DNA of 32,000 bases, taken from NCBI GenBank assembly GCA_963662715.1, contig OY759724.1, positions 180,001 through 212,000 on the forward strand. The letters are read 5' to 3'. The stretch's first letter is position 1; each line of letters opens with the position of its first letter. This stretch comes from Candidatus Omnitrophota bacterium. GTDB lineage: Bacteria; Omnitrophota; Gorgyraeia; Zapsychrales; JANLHA01. This document shows positions 11,246 through 19,128 of the stretch, in pieces. The position numbers and the translations under genes were made by a program. The notes beneath the pieces are model-generated. The model was not told the DNA's origin, made no database searches, and saw nothing but the letters and a program-made list of their open reading frames with translations.

Positions 11246-11375
11246 GGTATCCTCCTGTCATGAAAGTTAAATGGGAACAATATGTGTTCTAATAACAGAA
11301 AATAATTAGAAGAAAAACTCTATGATGTGGCTGAAGGAGAAGAACAGTCTTTCGTGCCGCATGAACACAAAAAAA

Positions 11376-12560
11376 CTAAACAGACGCCATCTGATCTTTT
11401 AGTTGAGGAACAATCATAGCAAGCTTTTCGAGATCATCTTCATCCGGCACATTCTGAATATAATGCCCCCCGGCGCCCAGAGTCAATCCCGCCTCCGTAA
11501 CGAATGCCTCCACCTCTTTAAACCCGGCCTTTGACCAGCCGTAAGAGCCGAAAGTAAAAGCCAAACGATTTTTGGGCTGCAACCCTTTCATATACATGAG
11601 AAAGCTTGCCATCGTTGGAAGCATATGACTATTCAGGATCGGCGTCCCGACAAGGAGCAGCCTGGAAGACAGCAGGTCTGTTATGATGTCCGAAATATGA
11701 TACTCCTGCAAGCTCCGCATAATCACCGTGTCTCCGGCATTCTCAAAAAGCTCTTTTAATCTGTCCGCCATCTTCCGCGTCGAGTTCCACATGGTATCAA
11801 AGACAATGAGCACCCGGTCAGCATCCGTCTGATGATTCGCCCACCTGTCGTAATAATTCAGGACCTGATCAATCTGCTGTTTATGGCGCCATATGAGCCC
11901 GTGCGAAGGACAGATCATATCAATCGTAAAATCTTTCAAAGCCAACAAAGCCTTCTGCACCTGCTGGCCGTAAGGCAAAACGATATTGGCATAATATTTT
12001 GCGGTCTCGGCCAAAATTTTTTCAAAAGGGACTTCATCAACGAACCGCTCCTTCGAAGCATAATGCTGTCCAAAGGCATCGTTAGGAAACAGGATATGGT
12101 CCGCACACGAATATGTCACCATGGATTCCGGCCAGTGCACCATGGGAATCTGCATGAACAACAACTCCCGTTTCCCTATTTTTAACCTGTCGCCCGTCTT
12201 GACAATTTTAAACGGCCAATTTTTTTTAAAATGTCTTTTCAACGCTTCCGCCCCTTTAGCACAGCAGACGACCTCGGCCTGAGGCGCCAGCTGAAGTAAG
12301 GCATCTATCGCGCCGGAATGATCCATTTCAGCATGATTGGCAATGACATATCTTATCTTCGCCGGATCCATAACCTCCTGAATCTGGCTGATCATATCTT
12401 CCTGGCCATAGTATTTAACGGTATCAATTAACGTGGGACATTCATCCTGAATCAAATAGGCATTGTAAGTTGATCCAAAAGGCGTCTTATAGCCGTGGAA
12501 CACTTTCAAATCCCAATCAATATAACCTGTCCAGTAAATATCATCCTTTATTTTTAGCAT
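11376..12560 (-). CDS. fprA: Flavodiiron protein (FprA-type A-type flavoprotein; O2/NO reductase): metallo-beta-lactamase fold plus flavodoxin domain
   Basis: 394 aa with the diiron ligand motif HAEMDHSGA (HxExDH) and a C-terminal flavodoxin-like part (VLIVFDTMWNSTRKMA...). GGGAGG SD present. Confidence 0.9.
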   Translation of the reverse strand: MLKIKDDIYWTGYIDWDLKVFHGYKTPFGSTYNAYLIQDECPTLIDTVKYYGQEDMISQIQEVMDPAKIRYVIANHAEMDHSGAIDALLQLAPQAEVVCCAKGAEALKRHFKKNWPFKIVKTGDRLKIGKRELLFMQIPMVHWPESMVTYSCADHILFPNDAFGQHYASKERFVDEVPFEKILAETAKYYANIVLPYGQQVQKALLALKDFTIDMICPSHGLIWRHKQQIDQVLNYYDRWANHQTDADRVLIVFDTMWNSTRKMADRLKELFENAGDTVIMRSLQEYHISDIITDLLSSRLLLVGTPILNSHMLPTMASFLMYMKGLQPKNRLAFTFGSYGWSKAGFKEVEAFVTEAGLTLGAGGHYIQNVPDEDDLEKLAMIVPQLKDQMASV

Positions 12561-12592
12561 CTTCTACCTCCCAGTTTATCTCTAGAACTACC

Positions 12593-12621
12593 ATGTTAAA
12601 TAAAGAGAAGAATTCTGTCAA
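12593..12621 (-). promoter_or_regulatory. Candidate sigma70 promoter for the flavodiiron gene
   Basis: On the minus strand: TTGACA (12621-12616), a 17-nt spacer, then TAACAT (12598-12593). It lies about 30 nt upstream of the ATG. Confidence 0.35.
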
Positions 12622-12716
12622 TTGTAAAATGAACCCGCCCTGGCCCTCCGCAGGAGCATTCAAGAAATAATATTTTAGGGGAACTACTCAACCGGGAATA
12701 TTCTGAAAGGAGGGGA

Positions 12717-13079
12717 TTACTCTAAAAATCCCTTAATGGTCATAAGCAATTTGTCTGAGTCAAAAGGTTTTTCCATATAGGCATCGACACCCATATCAAT
12801 GGCCGTCTGTTTGTGCTGATCGTCTCTGGATGCCGTAAGCACAATAACCGGGATGGACTTTGTTCTTGTAGAAATTTTCAATTTCTCCAGAACGTGCAGG
12901 CCGCCACCTGCCGGCAGCATCAGATCCAACAAAATCAAATCCGGCTTATCCCGATGTGTAAATTCAATACCCTGGTAGGCGTCATGGCACATCACGGCAG
13001 CATAGCCGTTGTTTGAGACCAGATCATTGAGAATTGTCGCAATATCAACATTATCTTCTATGATAAGAATCTTTTTCAT
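12717..13079 (-). CDS. Stand-alone response-regulator receiver (CheY-like, no output domain)
   Basis: Starts MKKILIIEDN and carries the phospho-acceptor context LILLDLMLP, VIVLTA and MEKPF. ATG 13079-13077 overlaps the TGA of the upstream kinase (ATGA at 13076-13079), so the longer ORF-track start at 13175 is rejected. Confidence 0.85.
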   Translation of the reverse strand: MKKILIIEDNVDIATILNDLVSNNGYAAVMCHDAYQGIEFTHRDKPDLILLDLMLPAGGGLHVLEKLKISTRTKSIPVIVLTASRDDQHKQTAIDMGVDAYMEKPFDSDKLLMTIKGFLE

Positions 13080-14323
13080 GTCTTCTCCTTGATAGTCGGG
13101 TCGCTCTCCGGCCCCCCGTCCTTTGGTAAAATAAAAATAAATGCCGTCCCTTGATTTTCCTGGCTCTCCGCCCAAATACGGCCATGATGCAGGTCTATAA
13201 TCTCTTTACAGATAGAAAGCCCCAGCCCCGTGCCTTTGGGATTCGAGCCCATGCGTTCTCCGGCCTGATGAAAACGCTCAAAAATCTTGGGCAAATCCTC
13301 CGCCGAGATACCGCAACCGGTGTCCGAGACTTTACATTCTATAAAATCCGAAGTCTCTCTTAAAAATATTTTGATTTCGCCCTTCCCGGTAAACTTTAAA
13401 GCATTCCCGATCAGATTGGTAAAAACCTGAATGATCCGGTTGCGGTCCGCACAAATCATTATTTGCGACTTGGGGTATTCACAATTCAAGTCCAGCCCCT
13501 TTTCCCGAACTAAGCCATAAAAAGAGGAATGGACTTCCCGGACAAGTTCAACAAGATTAATCTCCGCCTTTGACAGCCGGACCTGCTTGGCCTCCAGTTT
13601 AGCAAAATCCAGCAAGTCATCAATCATCAGGTTCAACCTTTCGGCACTTTTTAAAGCCATAATTAATTTTTTCCGCTGCTCCTCAGTGACAAACCCGTAA
13701 ATCCCCGATACGACCTGGCTGATCGCACCGTTAATAATCGTTAAAGGCGTTTTAAGCTCATGGGAAACATTCGCGATAAATTTGGATTTCAGCTTGTCCA
13801 GCGCTTTAAGTTCTTCATTTTTGTTTTCCAGTTCCCGGGATAAAATACGGATGGCTTCCTGGGCCTTCTGCGGGCCCCATACCCCTCCCGGCTCCTCACC
13901 CTCGGGGGAAGACGGGCTTTCGGATTCGCCGACCTGTTCTTCTTTCTTCTGTTTTAATGCCTGAACGGAGACAAGCCGCCTTACGGCCTGAAGTAGGGGT
14001 TGCCCGTCCGACGTCTTCACACAATATTCATCCGCTCCCATCAGACGGGCCCGTTCCGTATCAACGGCCGAGACCCGGCCTGTCATCATGACAACCTTTG
14101 TTTTAAAATCCAGATCCTGTTTGATCTTCCGGCATGTCGCAAAACCGTCTATGCCCGGCATCATCGTATCAATAAGAATCAGCTCAGGCCGTTCTCTCCG
14201 GGCCATTTCCAGGCCTTCTTCCCCGCAGGACGCGACGCCAAAAGAGGTGAATCCCTCCTGTTTCAGGTACCTCAGGATGATTTTCTGGTCCTGCTCATTG
14301 TCATCAATGACAAGTATTTTCAT
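13076..14323 (-). CDS. Hybrid protein: N-terminal receiver, acidic/Pro-rich linker, coiled coil, HisKA and HATPase_c (soluble REC-histidine kinase)
   Basis: 415 aa. REC part: MKILVIDDNEQD...LILIDTMMPGIDG...VVMMTG...VKT. H-box: FIANVSHELKTPL. N/G boxes: NLIGNALKFT, DTGCGI, GTGLGLSICK. No TM segments. Confidence 0.9.
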   Translation of the reverse strand: MKILVIDDNEQDQKIILRYLKQEGFTSFGVASCGEEGLEMARRERPELILIDTMMPGIDGFATCRKIKQDLDFKTKVVMMTGRVSAVDTERARLMGADEYCVKTSDGQPLLQAVRRLVSVQALKQKKEEQVGESESPSSPEGEEPGGVWGPQKAQEAIRILSRELENKNEELKALDKLKSKFIANVSHELKTPLTIINGAISQVVSGIYGFVTEEQRKKLIMALKSAERLNLMIDDLLDFAKLEAKQVRLSKAEINLVELVREVHSSFYGLVREKGLDLNCEYPKSQIMICADRNRIIQVFTNLIGNALKFTGKGEIKIFLRETSDFIECKVSDTGCGISAEDLPKIFERFHQAGERMGSNPKGTGLGLSICKEIIDLHHGRIWAESQENQGTAFIFILPKDGGPESDPTIKEKT

Positions 14324-14335
14324 ATTCCTGACCGG

Positions 14336-14776
14336 TTAGGACAAAGTCTTCGGCAGACGATTAAGGACTTGCCAATAATGATTGAAACTTTTAATCAAAC
14401 CGACAAATTCCCGGTAGTCCACGGGTTTCTGAATAAAGCTGTTGGCCCCCAGGGCATAACTTTTAACAATATCCTCCTCATTACTTGATGCGCTAAACAT
14501 GATAACCGGAATGGATCGGTAAGCCCTGTCATTCTTTAAGACCCTCAGCACTTCAAAACCGTCGCATCGCGGCATATTAATATCCAGCAATATCAAATGC
14601 GGCCGGGGACATTTCTCCTGATCCTGAAAAGCCCCTTCGTGGCGAATAAAATCCAGACATTCCTGCCCGTCACGGGCAACAAAAATTTCATTTTTCATTT
14701 GGGCTTGTCCAAAAGCACGCAGCGTGATTTTAATATCCGCCTCGCTATCTTCTACCAGCAATAATCTCAAAACCAT
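14336..14776 (-). CDS. Stand-alone response-regulator receiver
   Basis: Sequence MVLRLLLVEDSEAD...LILLDINMP..DGFEVL...PVIMFSAS...FIQKP, with a C-terminal tail HYWQVLNRLP. The ORF track starts at TTG 14818. ATG 14776 has a GGAAGGGGA SD about 5 nt upstream and is preferred. Confidence 0.85.
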   Translation of the reverse strand: MVLRLLLVEDSEADIKITLRAFGQAQMKNEIFVARDGQECLDFIRHEGAFQDQEKCPRPHLILLDINMPRCDGFEVLRVLKNDRAYRSIPVIMFSASSNEEDIVKSYALGANSFIQKPVDYREFVGLIKSFNHYWQVLNRLPKTLS

Positions 14777-14823
14777 CAGGCATCCCCTTCCGAATAATCT
14801 GGAATCGGTCTCCGACAAACATT

Positions 14824-16767
14824 TCAGGCCGGCTCCGGCGATGAATCGTCAGTGTCCTTTGTTTCGGGCTGGCCCACCTTTAAATCAGACGGTATGGAAA
14901 AGATAAATTTTGCGCCCTGGCCCAGTTGGGACTCCACCCTGACCTCCCCGCCATGATCCTCGACAATGCGTTTAATAATAGACAGGCCCGCCCCCGTCCC
15001 CTCATATTCTTTATCCGTATGTAACCGTTTAAAAATACCGAAAATCTGCTGATGATACTTAGCGTCAATCCCAATTCCGTTATCTTTAACAAAAAAAGTG
15101 TGGTAGATGCCTTCCCGGGCATACCCTATTTCTATTTTGGGGCGGTCTTGAGTTTTCTTGGCGGAAAACTTGATAGCATTATTAATCAAATTCTGCATGA
15201 CTTCCGCTATTTTAATTTTATCACAGCATACCGCCGGCAAGGGCTGACAGATACTGACAACCGCCCCGTGCTTCTGGATATCGAACTTAAGCCGATCAAG
15301 CACCGATTGAACCAGCTGCTGCATGTCTACCATTTCATAAGGGTTCTTGATCCTGGAAATCCGCGACAACAAAAGGAGGTCCTCGATAAGGGCGTTCATT
15401 TTCGTCGCCCCTTTCTTTATCTCATCGATATATTCCCGCCCTTGGGCATCGAGCTTCGCTTTATAGTCCTCCTCTAAAAAAGTCGCAAAGGAAGCAATCC
15501 CCCTTAAAGGGGCTCTCAAATCATGACTCGCCGTATAAACAAAACGGTCAAGCTCCTCATTGACCTCCCGCAATTCCCTTTTTTGTGACGCAAGGATCGC
15601 CAAATGTTTGAACAGGGTCTTATTTTTCTCTTCCAGCTGGCTCTTCGCTTCCGCCAAACGGCCGGCCATAAAATTAAAATTTGTGGTCAGTTGACCGACT
15701 TCATCCCGGCTGCGAACGGGCAATTTCACGGCATACTGTCCGCGCGCGACCTGCTGAGAAGCATTTGTTAAAGCCAAAATCGGCCGGGAGAATATCCGGC
15801 TGGCACAAACAGCCAAAAGAATCGTGAAGACCAACATCAATCCCCCGATTAAGAGCAGCCTCTGCCGAAAAACCCGGATAGGGGCAAAGGCTTCATTCAC
15901 ATCGACCTCGGCCATGAGACACCAGTCCTGGTCCGGCAAATATTTCTGAACGCCCAAAACACTCACGCCCCGATAATTCTGATATGTCGTTGAGGACTCC
16001 CTGTTCTGAAAACAGGCCTGTGTTCCTTCCGTGATGACACGCACGTTAAATATCGAATCTTTTCTGAAACGCGAATTCGTAATCATGAGATACTGGTTAT
16101 CCACGACATATGTCTCTCCGGATTCCCCCAAGCCTTCACGGGCGCTGGTGATCTCATCCAGAATTTTTGATTCAATCATTAACGATATCGCCCCCACAAT
16201 CATGCCGGACTGCCAGTTGCGGATTTCCTCCAGGAGGATAAGGACATTCTTTCCCGTCAACGGGTCCTCTTTCAAACCGACAAAATACGTTCCGTATTTA
16301 TAAACATTCTGAATATATTCTATAGGCATTTTCTGCCCGATCAGCTTACGGTTTGTGCTGGCGATAATGTTGCCGTGCACGTCCCAGACTCCGATCGTTT
16401 TGATATCTGTCTTCCGGTCAATGTTTTGATACCGTTCAGAAGGGGCCAAATTAAGGTAATAAAATGTCGAATCGATATCGTTCTGGATGCCTTCAATGAG
16501 GGAGGGGTCATTGAGTCCCGATTCTTTAAGCTGCCGGGGCAAAAAGGCTCCGGCGAATTCCTTGGCCTGTTCCTGCCGCAAGGTCATGGAGTGGTTGATG
16601 TGAGCAGCGCGGGAGTCGGTAACGGCCTGCAGGGCGGAAATCGTTTTCTTTTCTAACTCCGTTTTGGTAAGGTGATAATACGTGAAACCTATGATCAAAA
16701 GAGGGAATAGCGCAATGATCAATAAAAGCAGGGCCAATTTATGAATGAGTTTTAAGTTACCAAACAT
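14824..16767 (-). CDS. Membrane sensor histidine kinase: TM, periplasmic Cache-like domain, TM, HAMP, coiled coil, HisKA, HATPase_c
   Basis: H-box FVYTASHDLRAPLRGI. N/G boxes NLINNAIKFS, DNGIGI, GTGAGLSIIKRI. HAMP follows the second TM (SRPILALTNASQQVARGQY...DEVGQLTTNFNFMAGRL). I place the start at ATG 16767 (MFGNLKLIHKLALLLLII...). The ORF-track start at 16899 would read through the terminator at 16852-16880. Confidence 0.85.
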   Translation of the reverse strand: MFGNLKLIHKLALLLLIIALFPLLIIGFTYYHLTKTELEKKTISALQAVTDSRAAHINHSMTLRQEQAKEFAGAFLPRQLKESGLNDPSLIEGIQNDIDSTFYYLNLAPSERYQNIDRKTDIKTIGVWDVHGNIIASTNRKLIGQKMPIEYIQNVYKYGTYFVGLKEDPLTGKNVLILLEEIRNWQSGMIVGAISLMIESKILDEITSAREGLGESGETYVVDNQYLMITNSRFRKDSIFNVRVITEGTQACFQNRESSTTYQNYRGVSVLGVQKYLPDQDWCLMAEVDVNEAFAPIRVFRQRLLLIGGLMLVFTILLAVCASRIFSRPILALTNASQQVARGQYAVKLPVRSRDEVGQLTTNFNFMAGRLAEAKSQLEEKNKTLFKHLAILASQKRELREVNEELDRFVYTASHDLRAPLRGIASFATFLEEDYKAKLDAQGREYIDEIKKGATKMNALIEDLLLLSRISRIKNPYEMVDMQQLVQSVLDRLKFDIQKHGAVVSICQPLPAVCCDKIKIAEVMQNLINNAIKFSAKKTQDRPKIEIGYAREGIYHTFFVKDNGIGIDAKYHQQIFGIFKRLHTDKEYEGTGAGLSIIKRIVEDHGGEVRVESQLGQGAKFIFSIPSDLKVGQPETKDTDDSSPEPA

Positions 16768-16851
16768 AATATATATGCAGAATATCACAAGTTTTTTATA
16801 GTTTAAAATAAAAATACTCCTAAAGACATAAAAATCTAAATTCTTTTTATC

Positions 16852-16880
16852 AAAAAAAAGACAATCCCTTAAGGATTGTC
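16852..16880 (-). terminator. Rho-independent terminator after the MORN/receiver gene pair
   Basis: An 8-bp stem pairs GACAATCC with GGATTGTC around a 5-nt loop. Eight U residues follow immediately on the minus-strand transcript (A-run 16852-16859 on the plus strand). It lies 55 nt downstream of the stop at 16936. Confidence 0.75.
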
Positions 16881-16935
16881 CGTGACAAAAATATGGCATG
16901 AAAGCCTCTGATCTTTATTCTTTAAAAATACCGGA

Positions 16936-17337
16936 TTAGGAGGGGATATGATTCAGTCTCACAATGGTGTCATGGATATTTTTAAAACCCACTGTCTTTT
17001 CAAGCAATTCATCGGCTCCCGACTGTCTGGCCTTGGCGGCATTAACAGCTTCCAAATGTCCCGTAATCACAATAATCTTACACACCAGGTCTTCAATAGC
17101 TTTAATCTGGGTGCAGACATCAAAACCATCCAGCTGGGTCAAAACACAATCAACAATAACAATATCCGGCTGAAAGGAGCGGGCCAACGCCACGCCTTCG
17201 GACTCCGTGGCTGCCGTTGCAAAATGCTGATATCCCGCCTTCTGCAAAGCGATCATCATCCCCTTGCGGTCCTGCTCGTTGTCATCAATAATCAATAACT
17301 TCAAATCCCTCATGGGCCCCTTTCGGACAGGAGACAT
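16936..17337 (-). CDS. Stand-alone response-regulator receiver
   Basis: Sequence LKLLIIDDNEQD...IVIVDCVL..LDGF...IIVITG...LEKT. ATG 17337-17335 shares one base with the TAA of the MORN gene (TAATG). An alternative start is ATG 17313, which has AAAGGGG upstream. Confidence 0.85.
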   Translation of the reverse strand: MSPVRKGPMRDLKLLIIDDNEQDRKGMMIALQKAGYQHFATAATESEGVALARSFQPDIVIVDCVLTQLDGFDVCTQIKAIEDLVCKIIVITGHLEAVNAAKARQSGADELLEKTVGFKNIHDTIVRLNHIPS

Positions 17338-18557
17338 TATTGATCAAACAACAGATTCCCGTCCTGATCAAACTTCATAACACGATACAGTTTCCCCTGA
17401 CGGTAAAATTCTTCCTGTTTGACAACCCCGTTTTCATAATACACCTTGGCCCGCCCGTGCATTTGCCCTTCCACGTATTCTCCTTCTTCCTGCAATTTAC
17501 CGTTTTCAAAATACTTCTTATACGGCCCCTCCGGGAGATTAAATTCAACCGTGCCCTCAAATTCGAGCTGTCCGTTGGGATAGTAGCGCTTTGTGATGCC
17601 CTTTTCATCTCCGTAATAAAAATTACTCTCATTGGCTAGCGAACCGTCGGACCTGTATTGCTTTAAAGGGCCGTGACGCTTCCCCAGGGAGAAAGAGCCT
17701 TCAACCTTCAGAGTGCCGTCCTTATAATATTCCTTAAAAGGGCCTTCCTGTTGATTGTGGCTGAAATTGATAATCTTCTGCAACTTTCCGTTTTCGTAAA
17801 ATATCTGGAATTCCCCGTCCCGCATATTGTCTTTATAATATCCTTCGGCCTGCAAATTGCCGTTGGGATAATAGCGCCTCGTCACCCCTTCCTGGCTGCC
17901 GTTATTATAATACCGTTCACTTTCAATTTGTCCGTCCTCGAAATAGTCTTTAAAAGCCCCGTGCATCTTTTTATGCAGATAGTTCTCTTCACTTAAAGGA
18001 TAACCCTCTTTACTGTAGACTTTACGGTTGATCAATTCTCCTTCATTATACGTGCGTTCCTCTTTTTTGGCCCCGTCCTCATAATATTCACGGGTCAGCC
18101 CGTGCAAAATATTGAGGTGATAATTCTCTTCAATTTCTAACTGTCCGTTCATTCTAAAACGCTGAAACGTCCCTTCTAAATTATTATCCACATAAAATTT
18201 CTGTTCCTTTATGCTCCCGTTCTTATAATATTCCCGCCTCTCCCCGTTTCTCTTGCCAAACATATATTCCTCTTCAATCCAGAGGGTCCCGTTACGGTAG
18301 AATTTCTTGTACGGACCATGCAAGCGGCCGTCCTGATAATGTTTCTCATACCGGATATTCCCGTTAGCGTAATAATCAAGACTGATTCCGGTGTCTGTGG
18401 GCCCTGTATCTTCAACCGGCTCCTCCTCTTCCTGCCCCTGAAGTTCTCCTCCGGAAAAGATCTGGATTTCATTCTGAGCTTCTGCCGGACATAAAGTAAG
18501 GCTCAAAAAACATAGACTGAAGCATATTAAAAGGAAATATTGCATATTCTTTTTCAT
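17337..18557 (-). CDS. Secreted MORN-repeat-variant protein (YwqK-like repeat family), about 14 tandem repeats of about 24 aa
   Basis: It has an N-terminal signal peptide (MKKNMQYFLLICFSLCFLSLTLCPAEA/QNE), then an acidic linker. After that come 14 recognisable units of the form Y-Y/F-x-N/D-G-x-L/I-x-x-E-x-x-Y-x-x-G-x-x-x-G-x-x-K/R-x. Confidence 0.8.
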   Translation of the reverse strand: MKKNMQYFLLICFSLCFLSLTLCPAEAQNEIQIFSGGELQGQEEEEPVEDTGPTDTGISLDYYANGNIRYEKHYQDGRLHGPYKKFYRNGTLWIEEEYMFGKRNGERREYYKNGSIKEQKFYVDNNLEGTFQRFRMNGQLEIEENYHLNILHGLTREYYEDGAKKEERTYNEGELINRKVYSKEGYPLSEENYLHKKMHGAFKDYFEDGQIESERYYNNGSQEGVTRRYYPNGNLQAEGYYKDNMRDGEFQIFYENGKLQKIINFSHNQQEGPFKEYYKDGTLKVEGSFSLGKRHGPLKQYRSDGSLANESNFYYGDEKGITKRYYPNGQLEFEGTVEFNLPEGPYKKYFENGKLQEEGEYVEGQMHGRAKVYYENGVVKQEEFYRQGKLYRVMKFDQDGNLLFDQ

Positions 18558-18589
18558 ATTATCACCGCCTCTGCTTGATTTATTTAATA

Positions 18590-18617
18590 ATTATAACATC
18601 TTTCAGCTCACGAACAA
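18590..18617 (-). promoter_or_regulatory. Candidate extended -10 promoter for the MORN/receiver operon
   Basis: On the minus strand: TTGTTC (18617-18612), a 16-nt spacer whose last three bases are TGt, then TATAAT (18595-18590). This is a perfect TGnTATAAT. It lies about 33 nt upstream of the ATG at 18557. Confidence 0.5.
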
Positions 18618-18695
18618 ATAATTCAGATCATTTCGTATCCCGGGCCTTCCAGCCGTCTGAAGGCCCAAAATCTTTCCGGACCGCCCCCTAATAAC

Positions 18696-19127
18696 CTAAA
18701 TATCTAATACAACAAGGGTTTCCCACCCGGAATCCGTCTGGGTAACCCTAAAACGATGCAGGGTGACAGCCTTAATATCCACAATCAGATCATGCCTGTT
18801 CCGGTCAATAACCTCCCCACACACAGTGGCTTTGAGTCTGTGCTTTTGAGGCTGCTGAACAATCTCTACCTTCTCAGGCAATAATAACAGACCCTCGGCA
18901 TCTTTAAAAAACACAAACTCCTGTAAGAACTGGAACAGCAGCAGTTCAATATCTTCCGCCTGCAAAGTTACCCGCCGTTCTGTGCGGCGCCTGATCGCCG
19001 TCAAATCATCAATCATAACATGAACCGTGGCTTCCGCTGCCGTTATAAATAACGCCTCCAGATCAGGGGCCTCAGCCTGAAACGCGACATCGGCCGTAGC
19101 CATTTCATCTAAATAACGGTACGGCAT
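18696..19127 (-). CDS. Archease (RtcB activation factor)
   Basis: 143 aa: MPYRYLDEMATADVAF...AEDIELLLFQFLQEFVF...IKAVTLHRF...VVLDI, collinear with archease family sequences. The ATG lies 1 nt after the rtcB TAA. The ORF-track start at 19169 lies inside rtcB and is rejected. Confidence 0.8.
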   Translation of the reverse strand: MPYRYLDEMATADVAFQAEAPDLEALFITAAEATVHVMIDDLTAIRRRTERRVTLQAEDIELLLFQFLQEFVFFKDAEGLLLLPEKVEIVQQPQKHRLKATVCGEVIDRNRHDLIVDIKAVTLHRFRVTQTDSGWETLVVLDI

Positions 19128-19128
19128 A

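Noticed and set aside
16768-16899. The ORF-track N-terminal extension of the Cache kinase (MPYFCHGQSLRDCLFF...).
   Set aside because: It would be translated through a canonical rho-independent terminator (16852-16880) and a very AT-rich stretch. The TM anchor begins right after Met at 16767.
17337-18557. Reading the YwqK-like MORN protein as an antitoxin or immunity protein of a polymorphic-toxin system.
   Set aside because: No LXG, Rhs or nuclease-type toxin gene is adjacent. The protein carries a clear signal peptide, and its gene is translationally coupled to a response-regulator receiver. A signalling role fits better.
18642-18666. An 8-bp GC-rich hairpin (GGGCCTTC / GAAGGCCC) downstream of archease.
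   Set aside because: No U tract follows on the minus-strand transcript, although four U residues precede it. It may still act as a weak or factor-dependent terminator, but I cannot support calling it one.
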